Below are positions 26,601 to 37,763 of a DNA stretch of 64,000 nt, piece by piece (within the stretch, counting starts at the first letter, position 1; every line of letters begins with the position of its first letter). The position numbers were made by a program, and so were the translations under genes. Under the pieces are notes generated by a model. It searched no databases. It was not told the DNA's origin and saw only the letters and a program-made list of their open reading frames with translations. Source of the stretch: Malacoraja senta (Eukaryota); the NCBI GenBank assembly GCA_038087875.1, contig JAXLNO010000385.1, positions 1,054,001 to 1,118,000 of the forward strand, written 5' to 3'.

Positions 26601-27768
26601 GTCAAAACGCCACCTACCCGAAAGGCGGCGTCGCCACCAAGCCTAAGGAACGACTGCCGCTCAACAGAAAAGTCCAATAACGGACTTGTCAGCGATTTGT
26701 CCAGACCCCCGCGTCAATCACATCACTGTGAAAGCATGAACATTGTCCCAAACCTCCGCTCCACCCGACCCGCAGCCCACGGAGGGTGGCCGTGGGAGAA
26801 TGGCGGCTATTCCGAGGAATCCACACATTCGGCCGCTTTCAACTTGGTGCTTGGGTTCAGATTGCCCAGTCACCTATGGCTTGTGTGGGAAAATGAACCC
26901 CACGCTCCCGTCTCCCCCTTCTCTCTCCCGTCTTCCCTCTCTCTCTTCTCTATCTCTCCCTTCTATTCCTCCCTTCTCTCTCCTCCTCTCTCTCCCCTCT
27001 TCTCTCTCCTCCTCCACGCTGCCCGTAGCGGAGCAAACATTAACCCCACATGTGTTTCCGCCAAAGGAGGTTCAATCCAGTTTGCAACAAATGCGTGACG
27101 TTCAAAAGATATGGTTCGACAAGACGAGTAAGCCACTGCCACCATTGACCAAAGGACAGGTGGTCCTCTTACAGACTGACAAAGACCATGATCCTATTGG
27201 GGTGGTGTCTGGTGCCGCTTCGGAGCCACGCTGGTTCATTGTTAGAGCCAATGGCGGCACCTACCGACGCAAGATCTTCTGCCGGTGAACGAGTCAATCC
27301 CTCCTCCTTATTATCCGGATCGTACAAGTTCATTTCAATCTGCATCTAGTGACCCCCGCATGCTCTTGCCAGCACAACAATCCATGCCTGTGACAGTTCC
27401 TCTGTCTGTTTCATCTTCGCCTGCGCCACATTCTCCTGCTTCGAGTCCAGGGACGTTTCTCCAGTCCCCCACGGCGGGGACATCGCCTGCTCTTTCCCCA
27501 GAGAAAAATAATGGAGATGGCCTCTATCGTACACGTCCCGGTCGTATCTGCAGGCCGGTCGTGATGTATCCGGACTATGTTTCACTTTCCACCAGTCTGT
27601 CATCGGTTGTGATATTTGCTTTGCTTAGTTATGGATATACATCGTTATTGATTCTTTAAGAGGGGGATGTAGATTCGTGGCTCATGCTATGTCTTGCATT
27701 TGTAGTTACGCCCACTAGCTTGTTAGCGTCGCGGTCTGCTGCATTCCGTTAGTCTTAAATTGAACTCC

Positions 27769-29600
27769 TTTTTTTAAATTTTTTTTTTAAATTTTTTTAT
27801 TATTGGAGATAAGTACACAATTTATTTACATCATTACAGTCTGACATTTTTAAATTGATAATATTATCAATTATTATTACATTGTCTCCAATACCTTTTG
27901 CCTTTTTTTTTTTTTTTTAAACTAGATAGAACTAAAGAGATAGATGAAGTGAAGAGAGAAAAGAAAGAGAAGAAGCATAATAAAAAAAAAAAAAAAGAAA
28001 ATAGTTAAAGAAGAATGGAAAAATTTATTGAAATAAAAAACTTCATTCGAGATATGTTCGTACATTTCAGAGTATAGCCTTTCATCCATTCTTTAGACCG
28101 AGTGCTAGTCAGGTTCCTGTGCTGAACTATTCTGACCCTTTAAGTAATCAATAAAAGGAGACCATGTTCCTACGAATAATTCCTGTTTGTCCAACAGGGA
28201 AAATCTGATTCTTTCCACGTTTAAGGTCTCCGTCATTTCTATAATCCACATTTTGATTGTGGGGGCCGTAGGGCCTTTCCAAAATTTTAGAATTAATTTT
28301 TTTCCTGTTATTAAACTATAATCAATAAAGTTTCTTTGTGTTGTTCTAAATGTTTGATTTAATTCTAATATTCCGAGTATTATTAGTTTTGGGTCTGGGT
28401 CCATTTGTGTGCCGGTTACTTTAGATATTATACTGAAAATATTTACCCAGAATTTTTTAATTTTTATACAGTTTGCAAACATATGAGATAATGAAGCTTC
28501 TAAATGTTGACATTTATCACATATAGGTGAGATATGTTGAAAATTGTTATGTAGTTTTGTTTTTGAATAATGTAACCTATGTATTACTTTAAATTGTATT
28601 AGAGAATGTCTGGCGTTTAGTGAGCACTGATGTATGTGTTTCAAACTTTCTTCCCAAGTATCTTTCGTTATTACTTGATTTAATTCTTCTTCCCATGTTT
28701 GTCTGTGTAATTCTGTCGAAGGAATGTCACTGTCTAGTAAGATATTATATATATAAGATATTAATTTTTCTGTATTAGGATGTTTGTTCCAACATTCATC
28801 AAGAATTTCTGAATTTCTAAATCGAAAATTTTGAGAGTTCGATTTTACATAATCTCTAAGTTGAAGATATCTGAAATAATCATTTCCTCGAAGTCCACGA
28901 GTCTGTTGCAACTCCTGAAATGTCAGAAAGGTGCCTTCCTTATAAAGTTGTCCCATATTTTTAATTCCATAATTCTTCCATTGTGTAAAACCCCCGTCCA
29001 ACCATGAAGGCTTAAACAAAGGGTTATTCACAATTGGAAGAAAAAGTGATAAATTATCTAATTTTTATGTCTTTTTTAATTGTTTCCAAATTCGTATTGC
29101 ACTAAATATTATAGGGTTTTCCCTATAAATTTTTTTGTTTAATTTAGACGTAGCAAATAATATCGAACCGATATCAAAAGGTAAACAATCTTCCTTTTCC
29201 ATTTTTAACCAGTCTGGTTGATGATCTATTTCTTCCAACCAGAAATTCATATTTTTAATATTAACAGCCCAGAAATAAAACAAAAAGTTGGGTAAAACCA
29301 AGCCTCCATTTATTTTTGATTTACACAAGTGTCTTTTGTTTATCCTATGATTCTTATAATCCCAGATAAAATCATTAACAATAGTCCAGTTTTTTAAAAA
29401 CGTTTTTTGTCAGATATATCGGAATTGTCTGAAAAAGGTATAATATTTGCGGTAAAAAAATCATTTTTATAGCATTAATTTTGCCAACCATTGAGATAGG
29501 AAGTGTTTTCCAGTATTGAATATTCTTATGTAGTTTGTTCAGTAATGGGGGAAAATTTGCTTTAAATAATGATGTATATCTCTTAGTTATATAAATACCT
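27769..29600 (-). mobile_element. 5'-truncated L1 (ORF2 C-terminus + 3' UTR + polyA) inserted in the Gypsy B LTR
   Basis: Poly-T at left; ORF 28105-29031 with IQFKVIHRLHYS..PICDKC..HMFANC; LGIYIT at the truncation point. Confidence 0.92.
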
Positions 29601-29776
29601 AGATTCGTGGCTCATGCTTTGTCTTGCATTTGTAGTCGCGGTCTGCTGCATTCCGTTAGTCTTAAATTGAACTCCTAAGTGAGAAGTTGTAGTGCTTGTA
29701 ACCAATAAACTCTATATAACCTGACATGGTGTAAGGCCATTGTTATTATAAGGACTACAAATCAACAATCTCGAAC

Positions 29777-29846
<70 letters not shown>

Positions 29847-30203
29847 TCTCTCTCTCTCCCTCTCTCTCTCTCGCACACGTATCGTATTCATTCAACTCGA
29901 ACTCGAACTCTATCTCGAACTCGAACTCGAATTCGAACTCGAACTCGAACTCGTACTCTATCTCGAACTCGATCTCGAACTTTATATCGAACTCTCTGTC
30001 GAACACGAACTCTATCTCGAACACCATCTCGACCTCGAAGTATCTCGAACTCGAGTTGTAGTTCGATTTTCTGGCGGAGCACCAAGGCAAATTCCTTCTA
30101 TGAGAATACTTGGCCCATAAATTCATTCATTCATTCATTCATTCATTGAACTCGAGCTCTATCTCGAACTCGAAATACCTCCAACTCCAACTCCAATTCG
30201 AAC

Positions 30204-31692
30204 TGGTCGTGTTCGAAAAAACCTGTGCGGATCAACTGGCTGGAGTTTTACGGATATTTTCAACCTCTCACTTCTGAGGTCCGAGGTTCCCACCTGCTTC
30301 AAAAGGGCATCAATTATACCGGTGCCCAAGAAGAGCAAGGTGACGTGCCTCAATGACTATCGACCAGTGGCACTAACGCCTGTGGTGATGAAGTGCTTTG
30401 AGAGGTTGACCATGGCGCAAATCAAATCCTACCTCGACAAAAATCTGGACCCACCGCAGTTCGTTTACCGCCACAACAGATTAACGGTGGATGCTATCTT
30501 GCAGGCCCTCCACTCCGCTCTGGACCACTTGGACAACACAAACTCATATGTCAGGCTGTTATTCATTGATTGCAGCTCGGCATTTAATACAATCATCCCC
30601 TCCAAGCTGGTTACCAAACTCGCAGAAATGGGTCTCTGCGCATCCCTCTGCAATTGGACCCTCGACTTCCTCATTCACAGACCACAGTCTGTTCGTATTG
30701 GTCGACATGTGTCAGACTGGATAACAATCAGCACTGGAGCACCTCAAGGCTGCGTGCTCAGCCCCCTGCTGTACTCACTCTACACTCATGACTGCGTAGC
30801 CGGTCATATTGCAAACTCCATCATCAAGTTCGCTGACGACACCACTGTTGTGGGACGTATCACTGATGGGGATGAGTCAGAGTATAGAAGAGAGATCGAG
30901 CAACTGTCCATATGGTACCAGCACAATAACTTGGCCCTCAACCCCAGCAAAACCAAGGAAATGATTGTGGACTTTAGAAGGAGTAGGATGGGGACCCACA
31001 GTCCCGTTTATATCAACGGGTCGATGGTTGAAAGGGTCAAGAGCTTCTAATTCCTGGGCGTGCACATCTCTGAAGATGTTTCCTGGTCCGAGAACACTGA
31101 TGCAATTATTAAGAAAGCACATCAGCGCCTCTACTTCCTGAGAAGATTACGGAGGGTCAGTTTGTCAAGGAGGACGCTCTCGAACTTCTACAGGTGCACA
31201 GTAGAGAGCATGCTGACCGGTTGCATCGTGGCTTGGTTCGGCAACTTGAGCGCCCTGGAGAGGAAAAGACTACAAAAAGTAATAAAAACTGCTCAGTCCA
31301 TCATCGGCTCTGACCTCCCTTCCATCGAGGGGATCTATCGCAGTCGCTGCCTCAAAAAGGCTGTCAGTATCATCAAGGAACCACACCATCCTGGCCACAC
31401 ACTAATCTCCTTGCTACCTTCAGGTATAAGGTACAGGAGCCTGAAGACTGCAATGACCAGGTTCAGGAATAGCTACTTCCCCACAGCCTTTTAAACTTGG
31501 CTCGGACAAAACTCCGAACATTAATAGTCCATTATCTGTTATTTGTACTTTTTACGTAGATAATGGTATATGGACACACGGATCTGTTTTGTAATCAATG
31601 CCTACTATGTTCTGTTGTGCTGAAGCAAAGCAAGAATTTCATTGTCCTATCAGGGACACATGACAATAAAGTCTCTTGATTCTTGATTCTTG
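30204..31692 (+). mobile_element. 5'-truncated Rex1/Babar-like LINE, copy 1
   Basis: [19 protein letters not shown], FIDx[42 protein letters not shown]; hairpin + CAATAAA + (TCTTGAT)n tail. Confidence 0.9.
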
Positions 31693-31888
31693 AACTCAAA
31701 CTCTAACTCGAACGCGAAATCGTACTCTATCTCGAACTCGAACTCTATCTCGAACTCGAGTTTGAGTTCGACTTGCGGGCGGAGCACCAAGGCAACTTCC
31801 CTGTATGTGAGTACTAGGCCAAGAAACGTGTTCATTCATTCATTCATTCAATTCAAACTCGAGCTCGAACTTGATCTCGAACTCGAGA

Positions 31889-32600
31889 AAAACTGTTTAT
31901 GGAAAGACAGGGTGGGTATAATTTGAGAGGGGAAAATAAATGTTAAAAACGCAATATCAGAACAATTAAAATTATGTGCATAGCAATCTGTGGGGTGAAT
32001 TTGTGGAATGGTCTGGAACAGGAGATAAAGCTTAGCACAAACATAATTCAGTTTAAAAAGATGTACAATAACACTTTAAAAAAAAAAGGATATTGGGATG
32101 AGGATAGGTGATTGTGAGTGGGATATTTGTTATACTGATTGTATCGGGAAGGGTGATTATAGGGTGATGGGTTGTATATATGACTAAGGGATACTGCATT
32201 GTATATGAGGGTTATGGGTCGTATATATGACTGAGGGATACTGTATAGTATATGACGGTTTTTTCTTTTCTTTTTTCTTTTTTCTTTCTTTTTTTGTATG
32301 GCTTTGTAAATATTTGATTAGTGTATAAATGTAAATAATTTGTTGTACATATAGCTGCTGGTGTACATATGGTGTACATATAGCTGCTAAATATGTATAA
32401 AATAATTATAAGCAGTTGAATAAGGGGGTGGAAATAATAAGCTTTGGCATCTTCCTGCTCCTTTTCGGACACATGCGATTTCATTTATTTATAGATATTG
32501 TTTATGACACTTTATAAATATTCTTGATTTGTTTTTTTGTATACTGTTTCACACGCTTTTTATTCTTCTATTCTGTTCGAAATCAAGAATTCAATAAAAC
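31889..32600 (+). mobile_element. CR1/L2-group LINE 3' fragment, copy 1
   Basis: MCIAICGVNLWNGLEQEIKLSTNIIQFKKMY remnant and a 3' UTR ending in an AT-rich tail; repeated at 41978-42690 and inverted at 49966-50683. Confidence 0.6.
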
Positions 32601-32614
32601 AAAAATAAAATAAG

Positions 32615-33450
32615 GTCTATCTCGAACTCGAACTCGAACTCGAACTCGAACGCGAACTCGAACTGGAACCCGAACTCGAACTCTATCTCAAACTCGAACT
32701 CGCTCTCGAACTTTCTCTCGAACTCGCACTCTATCACCAACTCGAATTCGAACTCGAACTCGAACTCGAATACGCGGAGCAGCAAAGCAAATTCCTTGTT
32801 TGTGAATACTTGGCCATTAAATGTATTCATTCATTTATTCATTCATTCATTCATATTAATAAATGTATTTATTAATTCATTAATTCATTAATTATTTCAT
32901 TCATTCATTCAACTCGAACTCGAATTAGCACTCGAAATGTATCGCGAACTACAACTCTATCTCGACATCGACCTCAATCTCGAACCCGAACTCGAATTCG
33001 AACGGACTCTATCTCGAACTCGAACTCTATCTCGAACTCGAACTCGATCTATAACTCGATCTCGAACTATATATCGATCTCTCTGTCGAACACAAACTCT
33101 ATCTCGAACACGATCTCGACCTCGAACTCTATTTAAAACTCGAGTTGGAGTTCCAGTTGCGGGCGGATCACCAAGGCGAATTCCTTGTATGTGAAGACTT
33201 GGCCAATAAATTCATTCATTCATTCATTCATTCGTTCATTCATTCATTCATTCATTCATTCATTCATTCATTCATTCATTCATTCATTCAATTCTAACTC
33301 GAGCTCGAACTTGAACTAGAACTCGAACTCTATCTGGAACTCGAATTCGAGCTAACTGTATATCTCTCTCTCTATCTCGAACTCTCTCTCTCGAACTCGA
33401 ACTCGATCTCGAACACGATCTCGAACTCGTACTCGAACTCGAAGTCGAAC
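32615..33450. repeat. Composite (TCGAAC)n / core / (ATTC)n satellite block
   Basis: Cores at ~32774 and ~33157; further blocks at 29880-30200 and 31693-31888. Confidence 0.9.
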
Positions 33451-33469
33451 AAAATCTTCGTCTCAACTC

Positions 33470-34683
33470 TTTAACGCCCTCCCCTCCCCTCCAATCCCCC
33501 CTCTCTCTCTCTCTCTCTATCTCTTTTTCCCTCCCCGTCTCTCTCACCCCCTCCCGTCTGTCTCACCCTCTCCTCGTCACCCACTCTCGCTCAGCGTCTC
33601 GGCGTTTGTCGCAGCAGGAAGGAGGGAGTGTCTGACAGAAAAGGTCAGAGAGAGAAAGTGACGGGGCGAGAGAGAGAGGGTGCAGGGAGGAAGGTACAGA
33701 GGGGAGAGAGAGAGAGAGAGAGAGAAGGGTCTAGAGATGGAGACGGAGGGAGGGATGGAGAGACTGGAGAGAGAGGTGCCAAAGATGGAGACGGAGGGAA
33801 TGAGAGACGGGAGAGTGAGAGGGGGAAGTAGAGAGAGACGGGGAGAGAGAAAGTGGGAGGGAGAGAGAGAGACATGGATGGGGCGAGCGAGAGAAGAGGG
33901 GAGGAAGGGAGAGACGGGGAAGAGAGGAGAGAGGGAGAGATGGGGGAGGGAGGGAGCGACGGGGAGAGAGCGAGTGAGAAACGGGGAGAGGGAGGGAGAT
34001 ACGGGGAGGGGGAAGTGGAGGAGGGGAGAATGATGGGGAGATCGAGAGAGTGACGGAGGGGGGAGAGGGTTGTGGAAGTAATACAACGGAAACAGGCCCT
34101 TCGGTCAACTTGCTCACACTGACCAAAATGCTCCATTTACACTTATCCCACCTGCCCGCGTTTGGCGCATATCCCTCCAAACCTTTGCTATCCATGTACC
34201 TGTCGAAACGATGTGATAGTCCCTGTCTCAACTACATCTTCCGGCAGCTGTTCCATAAACCCCACCACCCTCTGTGTGGAAGTTACCCCTCAGATTCCTA
34301 TTAAATCTTTTCCGCTGTAAATGAGAGAATTAGGGGAGGGCACCTGTATATATACCTTTAAACCTGTCTTATCCATGTACCTGTCCAAATGTCACTTAAA
34401 CGTTGATTCAATGAGGTCCCCCCTCGTTCTTCTGAACTTCAGTGAGTACAGGTCCAGTGCGGACAAACGCTCATCATATGTTGAGCACAGTTTATTACCC
34501 TGGGCACGACATAACTTGGCTTAACATAGACAAACACAATTCTGGCGGAACTTAGCGGGACATGCAGCATTTCTGAGGAGAATGAATGGGACATGATTCG
34601 GGTCGAGACCGTTCTTCAGACGAGATCCCATCTCTCACTTCCTCCACTCCCCGTCTCGCTCTCTCCCTCTCCCAGGCCTTCTA

Positions 34684-34718
<35 letters not shown>

Positions 34719-37138
34719 GCTCCCTCTATCTCCTTTCTCCACTATCTCCCCCACTCTACCCCCTCTCTCCCCATCTCTCTCCCCACCGGGTCTCTGGCGC
34801 AGTGAGAGCAACGCTACCACTCGGATTTAGGGGAGGGCACCTGTAAGTATACCGTTAAACCTGTCCTATCCATGTTCCTGTCTAAATGTCTGGCCAAATG
34901 TCTCTGGCCAAATGACTTTAACGTTGTATCAATGAGGTCCCCTCGTTCTTCTCCGGAGGGAGAGACAGGAGAAAGAAAGGAGAAAGAAGGGGGGAACGGA
35001 GAAAGAGTGTGGAGTGACGATGGAAGAGAGAGCAACGCGGAGGGAGAGAGACTGTGTAAGAGGGAGAGGGGCAGCGGGTCAAGACTCACGTGTGTTTCAT
35101 TGTCAAATATCCCAGACACAATAATGACATCCATAGCAGCAGCACCAAACAGTATGTAAACATAGAGGGGAGGAAGAGGAGGGAGGGAGAAAGGGAGGGA
35201 GGAGGGGGAGACAGGGGAGTGGGTGGGACGTTGGGGTCCGTGTCCCTGTCTCCCTCGCCCCTCCATCTCTCCCCCTTCCCGTCTCTCTCCCCCGTCTCCG
35301 TCACTCTCTCTTTCCCCTCCCCGTCTCTTTCTCTCTCTGGTCACCTACCCGTCGCATCTCTCTCTCTCTTCCCCTCCCCGTCCTCTCTCCTCCCCGTATC
35401 TCTCTATCTCGTCTACGCCACTCCCCATCTCTCTCTCGCTCCCCTCCCCATCTCTCTCTCCTCCCTATCTCACTCTCGCTCCCTCCCCATCTCTCTCTCT
35501 TTTTCGATCCCCGTCGCTCTCCCACCGTCATTGTCCTCTCTTTCCCTCCCCGTCTCTATCTCTCTCCCTCCCCTCCCCATCTCTCTCGCCTCCCCGACAC
35601 TTGTCCTCTCTCTCCCACCCTCCCCGTCTCCCTCTTTCCCTCCCTCACCATCTCTCTCTCTCCCGGTCTCTCTCTCCCCGTCTCCCTCCCTCCCTCCCCT
35701 CCCCATCTCTCCCTCTCCCCTCTCTTTCAATCTTTCTCTGTGTGTCCTTCTTTCTCCTCTCCTCTCTCTCTCCCTTCTCATCTCTTTCGCTCCCTCCTCT
35801 CCCCTCCTCTCCCCTCCCATCCTCTCTCTCTCTCTTTCCCTCCCCGTCTCTCCCCCCCCCTCCCCGTCTGACTCTCCCTCTCCTCGTCACTAACTCTCGC
35901 TCTGCGTCTCGGCCTTTGTCGCAGCAGGGAGGAGGGCGTGTCTGACAGAAAAAGTCAGAGAGAGAAAGTGTCGGGAGAAAGAGAGAGAGAGAAGGGTCTA
36001 GAGATGGAGACGGGGGAGAGAGAAGGGGGGAGAGATGGAGACGGAGGGATGGATGGGGAGGGGAGAGAGAAGGGGGGAGAAATGGAGACGGAGGGAGGGA
36101 AAGAGAGACGGGACAGTGCGAGGGGTAAGTAGAGACAGGGAGAGAGACTGGGAGAGGGAGGGAGAGACGGGGAAGAGAGGAGAGATGGGGAGGAGGGAGA
36201 GACGGGGAGAGAGAGAGTGAGAGACGGGGAGAGGGAGGGAGAGACGGGGAGGGGGAAATGATGGGGAGATCGAGAGAGTGCCGGAGGGCGGAGAGGGTTG
36301 AAGAAAATAATACAACGGAAACAGGTCCTTCGGCCAACTTGTCCTGACTGACCAACATGCTCCGTTTACACTTATCCCACCTGCCCGCGTTTGGCCCACA
36401 TCCATCCAAACCTGTGCTATCCATTTACCTGCCCAAACGTCGTGATAATCCCTGCCTCAAGAACATCTTCCGACAGCTGTTCCATAAAACCCACCACCCT
36501 GTGTGTCGAAAAGTTACCCCCTCAGGTTCCTATTCAATCTTTTCCCCTTCACCTTGAATCTATATCCTATGGCTAGGGAGAGGGGGTGGGAAGCACCTGC
36601 CGGCCCGGGGCAGATCGCGGCGAGAAAGTGCAAACTCTGCACAGACAGCACCCGTGGTCAGGATCGAACTCGGGTCTCTGGCGCTGTGAGGCAGCAACTT
36701 GGATATATGGGAGGGCACCTGTAAATGAGAGAATTAGGAGAGGGCACCTGGATATATACCTTTAAACCTGTCTTATCCATGTACCTGTCCAAATGTCACT
36801 TAAACGTTGTTTTAATGAGGTCCCCCCTCGTTCTTCTGAACTTCCGTGAGTACAGGCCCAGTGCCGACAAACGCTCATCATTTGTTGAGCACAGTTTATT
36901 AACCTGGGCACTACATAACTTGGATTAACCTTGACAAACACAATTCTGGCGGAACAGCGGGACATGCAGCATTTCTGGGGAGAATGAATGGGACATGATT
37001 TGGGTCGAGACCGTTCTTCAGACGAGATCCTATCTCTCACTTCCTCGAATCCCCGTTTCGCTCTCTCACTCCCCCAGGCCTTCTACTCTCTCCCTCTCTC
37101 TCCCTCTCTCTCCCCTCCCCATCCTTCTCTCTCCACCC

Positions 37139-37201
<63 letters not shown>

Positions 37202-37245
37202 TCTCTCTCTCTCTCTCCCTCTCTCACTCTCTCTCTCACTCTCTC

Positions 37246-37279
<34 letters not shown>

Positions 37280-37763
37280 GCTCTCTCTCTCCCTCACTCT
37301 CTCTCTCTCGCTCTCCCTCTCTCTATCTCTCTCCATTATCTTCCCCACTACCCCCTCTCTCCCCATCTCTCTCCCCATCTCTCTCCCCATCGGGTCTGGC
37401 AAATCTGCCGCGGATTTAAGGGAGTGCACCTGTAAATGCTGGAATTAGGGGAGGGCACCTGTAATTATACCTTTAAACCTGTCCTATCCATGTACCTAAA
37501 TGTCTGGCTAAATGTATCTAGCCAAATGACACTTAAACGTTGTTTCATTGATGTCCCTCCTCGTTCTCTCTTCCTTCATCTCCAGCTCTCTCCCACCCCT
37601 TCGTCACTTTTGCATTCCCCTACCCGTCTCTATCCCTCCCCTCCCCGACTACCTCTCTCCCTCCCTTCCTCCGCCCTCTCTCTCCCTCGCCACCCCGTCA
37701 CTCTTACTTTCTCTTTCCCTCTCCCCTTCCCGTCGCTCTCTACCCCCCTCACCCTCTATCACC
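33470..37763. repeat. Duplicated CT/GA module with CR1 (34080-34315, 36310-36570), SINE (36605-36700) and Penelope scraps, all on the minus strand
   Basis: 33570-34830 repeats as 35880-37420; homologous to 43870-47295 and inverted 57754-62090. Confidence 0.8.

Larger units (their letters stand above)
23560..29768 (+). mobile_element. Gypsy B copy 3, most complete (5' LTR remnant, PBS, gag-PR-RT-RH, integrase core missing, PPT, 3' LTR split by L1)
   Basis: gag from ~23678 (WRVFEEDF..ILLHLAG), CFNCGGSH..C knuckle, KVDGDA, IRICINPKDLN, MDDILIAG, EKELFAVVFAC; PPT AAGAGGGGGA then LTR TGTAG at 27668. Confidence 0.92.
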
